From: a bacterium
GTDB taxonomy: Bacteria > UBA8248
Direction: 5' to 3'
Length of the DNA stretch: 64,000 nt
Assembly (NCBI GenBank): GCA_965207065.1
Contig: OZ242260.1
Location: forward strand, 3,616,001 to 3,680,000
Below the pieces are notes generated by a model. It ran no database searches. It was not told the DNA's origin and was given only the letters and a program-made list of their open reading frames with translations. The translations under genes were made by a program, and so were the position numbers. Positions 1-11,653 of this stretch are shown here, one piece after another; the stretch's first letter is position 1; each line of letters opens with the position of its first letter.

Positions 1-2245
1 CCCTGGGTATTTCGATCATCGTGCCTGTGAGATACCGGGGAGTGACGCCTTTCTCCTCGATCACCTTCCCGGCGATGTCGTGCACGATGTCGCGGTTGAA
101 CTCCCATTCCCCTATGCCCGAGGTAAGAGGAATCATGATTTCAGGCAGCACGTCCAAGCCCCGCGATTTCATCTCACAGGCCGCCTCGATGATGGCGCGC
201 ACCTGCATTTCGGCGATTTCCGGATAGGTCACAACAAGGCGGCAGCCACGGTGGCCGAGCATCGGGTTCTGCTCTTCGGTCGCTTCGGTGGCGTTGCGAA
301 CCGCATCGAGGCCCACGCCCAACAACCTGGCCACGTGCTTCATGTCTTCTTCCGTTTTGGGTAAAAATTCATGAAGCGGCGGATCCAGCAGCCTGATAGT
401 GACCGGTCTTTCTTTCATCACTTCGAAAATGCCGATGAAATCCTCGCGCTGCATGGGAAGGAGATGATCGAGCGCTTCCCGTCTCCCCTCCTCCGTTGCA
501 GCCAGGATCATCGCGCGCACGTAGTCGATGCGCTCCCCTTCGAAGAACATGTGCTCCGTGCGGCACAGGCCGATACCCTCGCAGCCGAACTTGATGGCCG
601 CCTCGCTATCCGTCACCGTATCGGCGTTGGCGCGTACGCCCAGCGTCCTGATCTCGTCCGCCCATTCCATCAATGTGGCGAAATCCCCCGAAAGCTCGGG
701 CTGCTTGAGTTTCGCCTCGCCCAGAATCACCTCACCGGAAGTCCCGTTGAGTGAAATAAAATCGCCCTCCGATACCGTTTCGCCGTTTACGTGAATCACC
801 TTCTCATCCGCCCTCACGTTCAAGGCGCTGCAGCCCGTGACGCAACACTTCCCCATCTGTCTCGCGACGACGGCCGCGTGTGAGGTGAGCCCGCCCCTCG
901 CAGTGAGGATTCCCTGCGAAACGTTCATCCCGTTAATGTCTTCGGGGCTCGTTTCCTGACGCACGAGTATCACAGGCTCCCCCGCTTCGGCCCGCTCGAC
1001 CGCATCCGCCGCGGTGAAGACCACCCTGCCCACCGCGGCGCCCGGCGACGCGGCCAGACCCGTGGCCACTACTTCCAAGTCTCCCTCCGCGTCGATCATC
1101 GGATGCAGCAGTTGATCCAGGCTGTCGGGTTCCACCTTTTGCAGGGCGGCCCGCCTGTCAATGACGCCTTCCCTCACCAACTGTATGGCGATTTGCACGG
1201 CCGCTGCCGCCGTGCGCTTGCCGTTTCTCGTCTGAAGCATGAACAGGCGTCTGTTCTGAATGGTGAATTCCATGTCCTGCATATCTTTGTAATGGGCTTC
1301 GAGCTTTTCTGTAATGCTTTCAAATTCAGCGTAACACTCGGGCATTTTCTTTTTGAGGCTTTCGATGGGCTCGGGCGTTCTGATGCCCGCCACCACGTCT
1401 TCGCCCTGGGCGTTGAAGAGAATCTCCCCGTAGAGGGCATCTTCGCCGGTCGCGGGGTTTCGCGAGAAAGCAACACCGGTGCCGCAATCCTCACCCATGT
1501 TGCCGTAGACCATGCATTGCACGTTCACGGCAGTGCCCCAGTCATGGGGAATGTTGTACAGCCTGCGGTAGGTGAAAGCGCGGTCGTTGTTCCAGGAATT
1601 GAACACCGCCTCGATGGCCAGCCGGAGTTGCTCATAAGGGTCCTGGGGGAAACTCGAACCCGTTTTCTCTTTCACGAGAGCGGCGTATTCATCCACCAGT
1701 TCGACAAGGTCGTCCGCCGTGAGATCCAGGTCGGACGCGACGCCCTTGCGCTGTTTCATGGACTCGATCTTCGATTCGAAATCGTGGTGCTCCATTTCGA
1801 GAACCACGTTGCCGAACATGTTGATGAACCTGCGATAGCTGTCGTATGCGAATCGGCGGTTGCCCGATTTTTTCTCCAGGGCGGCGACAGTCTTGTCGTT
1901 CATGCCAAGATTCAGGACGGTATCCATCATGCCCGGCATCGAATCGCGCGCGCCCGAGCGCACACTCACCAAAAGCGGATTTTCATCGCCGCCGAATTGC
2001 GCTCCCATCGCGTCTTCCAGACGCGCCATCTGTTCCTTCACGTTCTCCCAGAGGCCCTCGGGAGACTTGTTCTGTTCCAGATAATCGACGCAAACCTGCG
2101 TGGTGATGGTGAAGCCCGGGGGCACCGGTATGTCCAGACTCGCCATCTCCGCCAGATTCGCGCCTTTACCACCCAGCAGGTTGCGCATGTCGGCGCTGCC
2201 GTCAGTCCGTCCGGCGCCAAAGGAATAAATCATCTTCTCCGTCAT
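1..2245 (-). CDS. ppdK: Pyruvate, phosphate dikinase (3' end runs off the window)
   Basis: Manual minus-strand translation from ATG 2245: MTEKMIYSFG...LLGGKGANLAEM...PVPPGFTITT, later SVRSGA..SMPGMMDT, LQTR.GKRT and GGLTSHAAVVAR. Absent from the ORF track because it has no stop in the window. Confidence 0.97.
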   Translation of the reverse strand, partial: MTEKMIYSFGAGRTDGSADMRNLLGGKGANLAEMASLDIPVPPGFTITTQVCVDYLEQNKSPEGLWENVKEQMARLEDAMGAQFGGDENPLLVSVRSGARDSMPGMMDTVLNLGMNDKTVAALEKKSGNRRFAYDSYRRFINMFGNVVLEMEHHDFESKIESMKQRKGVASDLDLTADDLVELVDEYAALVKEKTGSSFPQDPYEQLRLAIEAVFNSWNNDRAFTYRRLYNIPHDWGTAVNVQCMVYGNMGEDCGTGVAFSRNPATGEDALYGEILFNAQGEDVVAGIRTPEPIESLKKKMPECYAEFESITEKLEAHYKDMQDMEFTIQNRRLFMLQTRNGKRTAAAAVQIAIQLVREGVIDRRAALQKVEPDSLDQLLHPMIDAEGDLEVVATGLAASPGAAVGRVVFTAADAVERAEAGEPVILVRQETSPEDINGMNVSQGILTARGGLTSHAAVVARQMGKCCVTGCSALNVRADEKVIHVNGETVSEGDFISLNGTSGEVILGEAKLKQPELSGDFATLMEWADEIRTLGVRANADTVTDSEAAIKFGCEGIGLCRTEHMFFEGERIDYVRAMILAATEEGRREALDHLLPMQREDFIGIFEVMKERPVTIRLLDPPLHEFLPKTEEDMKHVARLLGVGLDAVRNATEATEEQNPMLGHRGCRLVVTYPEIAEMQVRAIIEAACEMKSRGLDVLPEIMIPLTSGIGEWEFNRDIVHDIAGKVIEEKGVTPRYLTGTMIEIPR

Positions 2246-2307
2246 CACCTGCATCCTCCCGCGCCTCCCGCGCGTCTGAACAAAGCGATGGGCGGCTGAA
2301 AAAGCTA

Positions 2308-4509
2308 CTATCGTTTCGTCGCCCTAAGTTGAATTTTCGTGAAATCCGCGTTCGCCGAAAACAGCGCGCCCACGCCGGCCATCAGCGCAAGGCGATTTTT
2401 TCGCAAGGCGGCGTCCTCGGCCATCACCATCACATCGTCGAAAAAATCATCCACCACCGGGCGGATTTCCGCAATGGAAGTGTTCGCCGATACATAGGCC
2501 TCCTCCAGAGAGGCGGCGTCTCCCGCCCGGACGTTCGCCAATCCATTTTTCACCGCCTCCGAAACCACGCACAGGGATGCGCTCAACCTCTTTTCGGCTT
2601 CATCTACCAGTAGTTGTGGGTCCGGCTTAGCCGCCAAATCATTTTCCCCGCCCTCGTTCGCCTGACGGATGATGTTGCTCACCCGCTTGAATGTCGTCGT
2701 GAGCGGCTCGAAAGTTTCTTCGCTCGACGCCAATCGCTCCAGCGCGCGGAGACGCGCCCGCGCATCTATCACATCGCGCCAGCCCGAGTCGTCTCCGGCC
2801 GAGAGCACTGCCTCCACCAGGTCGCCCCGCGCGCCGCCGCGCGAGAGATAGGCGGACACCCGGTTGCGCAGAAAACCCAGAATTCTTTTTGACGCCTCGG
2901 CGCCGCCGCCTTTGAACTTATCTTCAAGAGGTTCACTCGCGACCCCCACCCATTCGGGCAAGGATATCCTGAAACCCTGATCCTCCAGAATAAGTAGTAT
3001 CGCATTCGCCGCGCGTCTGAGCGCATACGGGTCCTCCGAGCCGCTGGGCAGGTAACCGAGACCCACCATACCGACAATGGTGTCCATGCGGTCGGCGAGC
3101 CCCACGATGGCGCCCGCACGGCCTTCCGGCAGGTCGTCTCCCTCGCCCCTGGGGAGATAATGCTCATATATGGCGCGGGACACCGCTTCGGCCCTGTTCT
3201 CACGCTCGGCATAGCGCCTGCCCATGACGCCCTGAAGTTCAGGGAACTCATAGACCATGCCGCTGGTCAAATCCGCTTTGCACAGAGATGCCGCCTCGTC
3301 CACGGTTTTCACCAACGCGGCGTCAGCCGGCGCGAGCTTCTCGCACAGCCACGCGCTCAGTCGCCTGAAGCGCTCCACCTTGTCCCAACTCGTGCCCAGC
3401 TTCGGGTGATAGACTACGCCCTTCAACCCTTCCGCCATATCGACGAGTGGCGTTTCGAGGTCCTGGCGCCAATAGAAATCCGCGTCTTCCAACCTGGCGC
3501 GCACGACGCGCTCGTAGCCTTTTTGCACGACACTCATATCCTTCGCTCGCGTGTTGCTCACGCCGATAAAGGATGGAATGAGCCGTTCTCCTCCCTTTTC
3601 CTTGAGCGCAAAGCACCTCTGGTGCACCTCCAGGGTGGAGATGATTACCTCGCCCGGCAGATCCAAGAACTTCTCATCAAACCCGCATGCCACAGGAAAC
3701 GGCCACTCCACCAGATGCGCCACCTTCTCGATCAAGCGTTCTACTGCATCTGCATCCGCTGCGGGTTCGCCGCCTTGGGAATCGGCTACATCAAGAACGC
3801 TTGTGCGCACCATGGGAATGCGCCCACCCCTGTTCCCGTCATCGACGATAGGTTCTACGCCATTATTATTCAATACTTGAATATATTCTTGAAAACTATT
3901 GATGTTTAATATTTTATTACTATGAAATCTATGGCCGTACGTGACCGAACCAAAGGGAGGAATCGATGCATCCTCACCAGATACGGGGCCTTCGACGCAT
4001 TCCTCGCCATAAAGGGCCAACACCCATTGCACGGGCCGCACAAAGGAAAATTTGCCCGCTCCCCAACGCATGGATTTAGGAGACGGCAACTCCTGGATCA
4101 GCTTCGTCAGCAAAGGCCCCAAAACGGCTTCGGTCTTCTCGCCGGCATCTTCTCTGAAATACATCAGGCGCGCACCCTTGGGCGTATCCATCTTCTTGAG
4201 TTCAGATACTTCGGCCCCGTTCGTCCTGGCGAAGCCGAGAGCCGCCTTTGTCGGATTCCCGTCTTCATCGAATGCGTTTTTCACGGGGGGACCCAGGATT
4301 TCCTCTTGAAGCGGCTTCTGGCGCTCGGCCAAATCGGCCACATGCAAGACGAGACGCCTGGGCGTTCCGAACGTCTCCAGACCCTCATTATCCAGGCGCT
4401 TTTCGCCAAAAGCCGTTTCCGCCCGGTCTTTCAGCGCGGCGATCATCCCCTGCAGATAGGTAGAGGGGATCTCTTCGGTTCCGATTTCAAAAATCAATTC
4501 TTTGCCCAA
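2308..4509 (-). CDS. glyS: Glycine-tRNA ligase beta subunit
   Basis: FEIGTEEIP, TPRRL, KSMRWG, EFPELQG, GSEDPYALRR motifs; directly downstream of glyQ. Confidence 0.97.
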   Translation of the reverse strand: MGKELIFEIGTEEIPSTYLQGMIAALKDRAETAFGEKRLDNEGLETFGTPRRLVLHVADLAERQKPLQEEILGPPVKNAFDEDGNPTKAALGFARTNGAEVSELKKMDTPKGARLMYFREDAGEKTEAVLGPLLTKLIQELPSPKSMRWGAGKFSFVRPVQWVLALYGEECVEGPVSGEDASIPPFGSVTYGHRFHSNKILNINSFQEYIQVLNNNGVEPIVDDGNRGGRIPMVRTSVLDVADSQGGEPAADADAVERLIEKVAHLVEWPFPVACGFDEKFLDLPGEVIISTLEVHQRCFALKEKGGERLIPSFIGVSNTRAKDMSVVQKGYERVVRARLEDADFYWRQDLETPLVDMAEGLKGVVYHPKLGTSWDKVERFRRLSAWLCEKLAPADAALVKTVDEAASLCKADLTSGMVYEFPELQGVMGRRYAERENRAEAVSRAIYEHYLPRGEGDDLPEGRAGAIVGLADRMDTIVGMVGLGYLPSGSEDPYALRRAANAILLILEDQGFRISLPEWVGVASEPLEDKFKGGGAEASKRILGFLRNRVSAYLSRGGARGDLVEAVLSAGDDSGWRDVIDARARLRALERLASSEETFEPLTTTFKRVSNIIRQANEGGENDLAAKPDPQLLVDEAEKRLSASLCVVSEAVKNGLANVRAGDAASLEEAYVSANTSIAEIRPVVDDFFDDVMVMAEDAALRKNRLALMAGVGALFSANADFTKIQLRATKR

Positions 4510-4521
4510 GCCGAAACTCCC

Positions 4522-5495
<974 letters not shown>

Positions 5496-5499
<4 letters not shown>

Positions 5500-6704
5500 C
5501 CAACAAACTCCTTATGCAACACGCGCACCGAATTCTCGGAGTCCGCCTGGCGAACCACGACGGATATGGAAATCTCGGAAGTCGAGATCATCATGATGTT
5601 GATGCGGCTTCTCGCCAAAGCGGAGAAAACGCGCGCCGCCACGCCGGCCTGGCTCTTCATGCCCACGCCCACGACGGAGACTTTGGAGATATCGTCATCG
5701 CGGGAGATGGTGGCGCCGCCGAAGGTTTCATTCGATTCCACCATGATTTGCTCCGCTTGCCCGGCCATGTCGCTGTTCACCGTGATGGAAATATCGGTCA
5801 AACCGTTCTCGCTGACATTCTGAACGATCATATCCACCATGATGGATTTCTCGGCCAACTGGCCAAACAAAGAGGCGGCGATTCCGGGCCTGTCGGGCAC
5901 GGCGCTGATCGTGAGCTTCGACTGTTTCGAGTCGCAACTCACGCCGCGAACGGCGGGGGACTCGATGCCCGTCGACTCTGGAATGATCAATGTTCCCTCT
6001 CCTTCATCAAACGCGGAGCGGACGACGAGTGGAAGGTCATGCTTCGCCGCCAGATCCACAGAGCGCGCCTGCAGCACTTTCGTGCCCAGGGACGCGAGTT
6101 CCATCATCTCCTCGAAAGATATCTGCTCCATCCGCTTCGCGTCGTGGACAAGGCGCGGGTCGGCCGTGTACACCCCGTCCACATCGGTATAAATCTCACA
6201 GCGATCCGCTTCAAGCGCCGCAGCCAAAGCTACGGCAGTGAGGTCGGAACCTCCACGCCCCAGCGTCATCTCCTCATCGAACTCATCGACTCCCTGGAAG
6301 CCGGCAGCTACGACCACCTTTCCTTCTTCGAGTTCCTTGAGAATCCTCGCCGGGCGGATGGACCGCACGCGGGCGCGGGTATGGGCGCCCTCCGTCAGTA
6401 TGCCCGCCTGCCCGCCCGTCAGAGAAATGGCGGGAATTCCGGCCGCGTCGAGCGCTATGGCCAAAAGCGAACTCGCGATGCGCTCCCCGGAGGTGAGCAG
6501 TAAATCCATTTCCCGCCCTACCGGCTCGGGCGAGAGATCGTGTGCGAATCGAATGAGCTTATCGGTTTCGCCCGCCATCGCGCTCACCACGACGATAATT
6601 CGACCCCAGGAACTTCTCGCCGCCGACACCCGCTTTACCACGCTGCGGATCTTATCCAGATTCGCGACCGAGGTGCCACCGAATTTTTTTACGACAAGAC
6701 TCAT
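5496..6704 (-). CDS. lysC: Aspartate kinase with two ACT domains
   Basis: [44 protein letters not shown]. Confidence 0.95.
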
Positions 6705-6713
6705 TTTATCCCA

Positions 6714-7964
6714 TCATCCACTGAACAATCGTTTTTTCACCGTATCGAGTGAATAAACGCGCGCCGACCGCCCAAGTTCTTCGGAAAATCCTGCATTCGA
6801 ATTTTTTTGCATCCCCGAATCGCCACGAATCATCTCCCAAAGGGAAGCCAATCCGCCCGGACGCTTCGGCGGCGCGAGAGTCTCGCCATCGAAATCCGCC
6901 ATGGCGAACGGCACGGGGTCGGCAATCCATTCCTGGGATTCCACGCTGAATCCATGATCCCCCGCCACGAGAATACGGCAGGGCTCGCTCATGCCTTCCA
7001 ACAAGGGCGCCATCAACCCGGCGTCGAATTTTTCGATGGCTTCGATTTTCTCCTCCGGTTCGCGCCAGGGGGATATGTCGTCCGCATCCTCTATCAAGCA
7101 GACGAAATCATGTCGCGTAAGCGCCTCTCTCACCGTGGCGGATACCTTCTCCCCCGGCTCATATACATCCGCGCCCCCTAGTTTGGCAAAGCCTCTGGCA
7201 AGTTGTGAGTCGGTTATCAGCGCAGAATCCCTGCCTCCCGTTTTTTCCGACATCCGCACCGCCTCTTCGGTGAGGCCGCCGCCCCAAAGCCAAACGGAGT
7301 TCGCCGCGAACATGCGGGTTTGCGCCTTTTCCTGCAAACCCGCGTGGGTGGATAGCACCATCTGGGAATCGTTGACAAAATGAACGAAACGCCGCGCCGC
7401 CTCCGCCTCCGGCATATGCTCCCCGATGGACCTTCCGGTGATCGCATGCGGAGGCGCAAAGCCGTGAAAAGATTCCGGCGAGAGGCGCGCGCCTTCACGC
7501 TGATAAAAGAGAAGCGCCTCGCTTCCGCCCAGAGATTCGAACCGGAAAGATTCGCCCTCATCCGGCGGCATGTGCTGCTCCAGATAGGCGATGAGTTCGC
7601 GGTTCTCCTCGTCCGTGACACCGAAGCCCGTCGGGTCGAGCATGACGACGCTTGTGGCTCCGGGCTTCAGGCACACGAAGTTGAGGCGGAAGACCGCCTC
7701 TCCAGCTCCGGGGAGAAGGTCGGCGGCGGCGGCCAGCATCAAGCCGGAAGACAGAGAAGCGGAATAACTGAAAAACTGATTCAGAAATCCTTCCAGGGAG
7801 GGATACACGTCATCAGAGCCGGGAGCCCATACCCCGGAAAACCCCGCATCCGCCAGGCGATCCAGCGCGGGCGTACGCGCCCTTTGCAATGGCGTTTCAC
7901 CACCAAAGTCCGCCACGGGCCTGTCTGCAAGGCCGCGCATGAGAACCATCAGGATTTTCCGCAT
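6714..7964 (-). CDS. ApgM-like (cofactor-independent phosphoglycerate mutase family) protein with degenerate active site
   Basis: MRKILMVLMRGLAD..GGETPLQRARTPALDRLA, FRLNFV, ANSVWLWGGG, GDHG, DPVPF; lies between hom and lysC. Start moved to ATG 7964 to avoid overlap with hom. Confidence 0.75.
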   Translation of the reverse strand: MRKILMVLMRGLADRPVADFGGETPLQRARTPALDRLADAGFSGVWAPGSDDVYPSLEGFLNQFFSYSASLSSGLMLAAAADLLPGAGEAVFRLNFVCLKPGATSVVMLDPTGFGVTDEENRELIAYLEQHMPPDEGESFRFESLGGSEALLFYQREGARLSPESFHGFAPPHAITGRSIGEHMPEAEAARRFVHFVNDSQMVLSTHAGLQEKAQTRMFAANSVWLWGGGLTEEAVRMSEKTGGRDSALITDSQLARGFAKLGGADVYEPGEKVSATVREALTRHDFVCLIEDADDISPWREPEEKIEAIEKFDAGLMAPLLEGMSEPCRILVAGDHGFSVESQEWIADPVPFAMADFDGETLAPPKRPGGLASLWEMIRGDSGMQKNSNAGFSEELGRSARVYSLDTVKKRLFSG

Positions 7965-7989
7965 CAGGGATGAACTCTTGTCTGCTCGC

Positions 7990-9318
7990 TCACATGAAAG
8001 CCATGCCGTCCGATTCCACGCGAACGAGCGCGTAAGTAGGCTGCACCACGTCGAGGCGGGAAATTTCCCCGAGCGCGTTTTGCATGTTCTCCTCCGTCGC
8101 CTTGTGGGTGAGCAACACCAGGCGGGCATAGCCGTCCTCGCCAGCGCGGCCCTTCTGGACGACGGTTTCGAGGCTGATGTCGTGTTCGCCGAAAACGCCG
8201 GAAATGCGGCTCAAAACCCCCGGCTTATCGAGAGCGGCAAATCGGACGTAGAAACGCGTCGTAATTTCCCGGGGCGCAAGGATGTCGAGGCGAGCGCGCT
8301 GGTCCGGCAAAAAAGCGGCGGCGGGAATCCGCGAGTCGCCTCCGTTTTTCAGCCATCTCGCCACCTCGATGATGTCACCAACGACGGCGGAAGCAGTCGC
8401 CTCCGAACCCGCGCCCTTGCCGATGAAAACCTGCGGCCCGGCATTCACCCCCGAGACGGCCACCGCGTTGTAGACCCCACCCACCTGCGAGAGGGGGTGG
8501 CTTTCGGGAAGCATCATCGGATGAACGCGGATGTCGAGTTTCCCCTCCCTCTCCTGCGCCATGGCGACGAGCTTGATCCGGTAGCCGAGTTCCTTGGCGA
8601 TATCGATGTCGACGGACGTGATGTGGCGTATCCCTTCGGTGTGATATTCCTCGACATCCACAGGTGTGCCATAGGCCAGGTTCGCAAGTATTGCTATCTT
8701 GTGCGACGCATCGACGCCGTCGATATCAAACGCCGGGTCGGCCTCCGCATAGCCGAGTTCCTGAGCGCTTTTCAGCGTTTCGCCGAAATCCGCGCCCATC
8801 TCCGTCATGCAGCTCAGAATGTAGTTACACGTTCCGTTCAGGATGCCGGCGAGCCTCTCGATTTTATCCGCCGCGAAAGCTTCTCGCAGGTTTCTGACTA
8901 TCGGAATGCCGCCTGCGACGGACGCCTCGAAACCCAGCGGGCAGCCCGCCTTTTCCGCTGCGGCGAATATCTCTTCCCCGTGAACGGCGAGCACCGCCTT
9001 GTTCGCGGTCACGACCGGCTTTTTTCTCTCGATCGCCCGCAGGATGTGGCGCCTCGCATCATCCGTGCCCCCGATAAGTTCCGCGATCACGTGCACCTCG
9101 GGCGCGTCGATGACGGCTTCGAAGTCCGTACCCATATTCTCGGGAGACACCCCGCGCGCCGCTTTTTTCTTGGTGAATACGCTGCGGTCCGCAATTCTGG
9201 AGACGCACACCTCAACACCCAGGCGTCTTTTGATCAATTCCCGCTGCTCATCGAGCAGATTCACCACGCCGCTTCCGACAGTACCCAAGCCCAGTATCCC
9301 GACGCAAATTTTCTTCAT
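7990..9318 (-). CDS. hom: Homoserine dehydrogenase
   Basis: GLGTVGSGV, VVTANKA, FEASVAGGIP, GILNGTCNYIL, GYAEADP, C-terminal ACT domain (DKPGVL). Confidence 0.97.
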   Translation of the reverse strand: MKKICVGILGLGTVGSGVVNLLDEQRELIKRRLGVEVCVSRIADRSVFTKKKAARGVSPENMGTDFEAVIDAPEVHVIAELIGGTDDARRHILRAIERKKPVVTANKAVLAVHGEEIFAAAEKAGCPLGFEASVAGGIPIVRNLREAFAADKIERLAGILNGTCNYILSCMTEMGADFGETLKSAQELGYAEADPAFDIDGVDASHKIAILANLAYGTPVDVEEYHTEGIRHITSVDIDIAKELGYRIKLVAMAQEREGKLDIRVHPMMLPESHPLSQVGGVYNAVAVSGVNAGPQVFIGKGAGSEATASAVVGDIIEVARWLKNGGDSRIPAAAFLPDQRARLDILAPREITTRFYVRFAALDKPGVLSRISGVFGEHDISLETVVQKGRAGEDGYARLVLLTHKATEENMQNALGEISRLDVVQPTYALVRVESDGMAFM

Positions 9319-9344
9319 ATCTCTATGGCCCGAACAATGACGAA

Positions 9345-10541
9345 CTAGCTCGCCGCTCGCTTGGGCGCTTTCTCCTGAAACAGGGGTCGCAAGTTTCTGA
9401 GCGCCTGCCGCGTGCGGTGCTCATTCTCCACGAGCGCGAAACGCACATGCCCGTCACCCAACTCGCCGAAGCCGACTCCGGGCGAGACGGCCACCTCGGC
9501 TTCGGTCAACAAGAATTTGGAAAACTCCAAAGAACCCATATCTTTAAATTCTTCGGGAATCTCCGCCCATACGAACATCGTGCCTCTTGGTTTTTGAACG
9601 GGCCAGCCGATTCTCTCCAATCCATTGCACAGCGCGTCGCGGCGACTCTGATAAATCTGGCGAATTTCTTCCACGCAATCCTGAGAACCATTGAGCGCGA
9701 TGATCGAAGCAATCTGGATAGGCTGGAACGCGCCGTAATCCAGATAGCTCTTGATGCGCCTGAGCGCGCTGATGATCTCCTTATTCCCAACGGCAAAGCC
9801 TATCCGCCACCCGGGCATGGAGTAGCTCTTGGAGAGCGAGAAAAATTCCACGCTTACATCCTTCGCGCCCTTCACCTGCAAAATGCTGGGCGGCTCATAG
9901 CCGTCGAAACCCAAGTCGGCATATGCGAAATCATGAACTACGATGAGGTTGTATTCTTTCGCGAAGGCGACGACTTTTTCGAAGAAATCCAGGTCCACGC
10001 AAACCGTGGTGGGGTTGTGCGGAAAACTTAAAACAAGGATTTTCGGCCTCGGCCATATCGGGCGGATGATGTCGGTCATGTTTTCAAAGAAATCATCCCC
10101 CTGTGAGAGCGGCACGTGAATCACGTTGCCGTTCGCCAGGACCATCGCATAGGTATGGATGGGGTATGTGGGGCTCGGCACCATGACCAAATCGCCCGGG
10201 TTCGTGATGGCCAATGCAAGGTGAGAGAGTCCCTCCTTCACGCCGATGGTGACGATGGACTCCTCTTCGGGGTCGATATTCACGTCATAGCGGCGACCGT
10301 ACCAATCGGCGATGGCCGTCCTCAGCCGGGTGATGCCGCGTGAAGCGCTGTAGCGATGATTCCTGGGGTTCGTCGCCGCCTCCACGAGTTTTTCCACGAT
10401 GTGCGGCGGGGTGGCGAGATCGGGATTTCCCATGCCGAAATCGATGATGTCGTCTCCCCGGCGGCGGGCCTCGATCTTCAACTCGTCGACTCCGGCGAAA
10501 ACGTAGGGTGGTAGGCGCGTGATGCGTTGGAACTCATACAT
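9345..10541 (-). CDS. alaC: PLP-dependent class I/II aminotransferase, AlaC-like
   Basis: [42 protein letters not shown]; immediately upstream of hom. Confidence 0.8.
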   Translation of the reverse strand: MYEFQRITRLPPYVFAGVDELKIEARRRGDDIIDFGMGNPDLATPPHIVEKLVEAATNPRNHRYSASRGITRLRTAIADWYGRRYDVNIDPEEESIVTIGVKEGLSHLALAITNPGDLVMVPSPTYPIHTYAMVLANGNVIHVPLSQGDDFFENMTDIIRPIWPRPKILVLSFPHNPTTVCVDLDFFEKVVAFAKEYNLIVVHDFAYADLGFDGYEPPSILQVKGAKDVSVEFFSLSKSYSMPGWRIGFAVGNKEIISALRRIKSYLDYGAFQPIQIASIIALNGSQDCVEEIRQIYQSRRDALCNGLERIGWPVQKPRGTMFVWAEIPEEFKDMGSLEFSKFLLTEAEVAVSPGVGFGELGDGHVRFALVENEHRTRQALRNLRPLFQEKAPKRAAS

Positions 10542-10553
10542 GTTCAAAAAACC

Positions 10554-11537
10554 TCAACTGACCGGTAACGATATCAGGCGATGGGAGGGGGCCGGGACAT
10601 TCAGCCCCGAACCATCAGAAGTCATGAAGGCGCGGGCCTCGGGATCTCCTTGCAATTTCTCCTCCCCCAAACCCCGGGAGGCGTGCAAGGCCTCCTCCGC
10701 ATTGTAGGAGCTTCTCACGAAAGGGCCGGCGAACACGTGCGCGAAACCCCTCGACTCACCCGCCAGCCGGTAGCGCGCATAGACGTCAGGATGAATATAT
10801 TCGCGAACGGGAATCGCTTTTTTTCTGGGCGCGAGATACTGGCCGATCGTCATGATCTGGCAATCGACCTTTTTATCTCTCAAATCATCCATCAAGGAGA
10901 GCACGTCCTCTTCGGTTTCACCCATGCCGACCATGACGCCGCTTTTCGTCACCATCGCCGGGTCAATCTCCCTCGCCATGCCGATGACGCGCAGCGAGCG
11001 TTCGTAATCGCCATTCGGGCGCGTGCTCTTGAACAGCCGCCTCACCGTCTCGATGTTATGATTGAAAACATCGGGCTTGGCGCGAACCACTCGCTCGACT
11101 GCTTCGAAATCGCCCATGAAATCACTCACCAAAACCTCCAGCGTTGTCCGCGGCAGCAATTCGCGAATCGCCTCAATCGTCGCCACCACATGACCGGCTG
11201 CGCCATCGGGCAAATCATCCCGATTCACCATTGTGACGACCACGTGCTTTAATCCCAAGTGTTTCGCGGCCTCCGCCACGTGCAGCGGCTCGTTTACGTC
11301 CAAAGGATCCGGCGCGCCCTTCGTGACGGCGCAATAACCGCAGGTTCTCGTGCAGACGTCGCCGCCTATCATGAAGGTGGCCGTGCTGCGTGAAAAACAC
11401 TCGAACAAATTCGGGCACCGGGCTTCCTCGCATACCGTGTGCAGATGCTTGTTGCGCATCAGCGCCTTGACTTCGTGCGAGCGGCTCGGACTCGGCAACC
11501 GCTTTACGAGCCAGGGAGGAAAGCGTCGAGAAGCCAT
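10554..11537 (-). CDS. lipA: Lipoyl synthase (radical SAM)
   Basis: CEEARCPNLFEC, CTRTCGYC, FNHNIETV, VRSSY; GGAGG upstream of ATG 11537. Confidence 0.96.
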   Translation of the reverse strand: MASRRFPPWLVKRLPSPSRSHEVKALMRNKHLHTVCEEARCPNLFECFSRSTATFMIGGDVCTRTCGYCAVTKGAPDPLDVNEPLHVAEAAKHLGLKHVVVTMVNRDDLPDGAAGHVVATIEAIRELLPRTTLEVLVSDFMGDFEAVERVVRAKPDVFNHNIETVRRLFKSTRPNGDYERSLRVIGMAREIDPAMVTKSGVMVGMGETEEDVLSLMDDLRDKKVDCQIMTIGQYLAPRKKAIPVREYIHPDVYARYRLAGESRGFAHVFAGPFVRSSYNAEEALHASRGLGEEKLQGDPEARAFMTSDGSGLNVPAPSHRLISLPVS

Positions 11538-11653
11538 CGAATTGCCTCCAGTCCCGGGAATCGGGAGGCTCATATTAGGAATGCAAGACTCGGGTGTCAA
11601 GCTTAAAGTCGTTTATAGAAAACAAACTGCAAAATATTGTATTCAAATATATT

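Noticed and set aside
1103-2299. 398-aa + strand ORF, and similar long antisense ORFs (7939-9348, 15509-17065, 17952-19442, 23619-24875)
   Set aside because: Shadow frames opposite clearly recognisable genes (ppdK, hom, era/aspS, MFS, TPP enzyme); expected in high-GC DNA and without family motifs.
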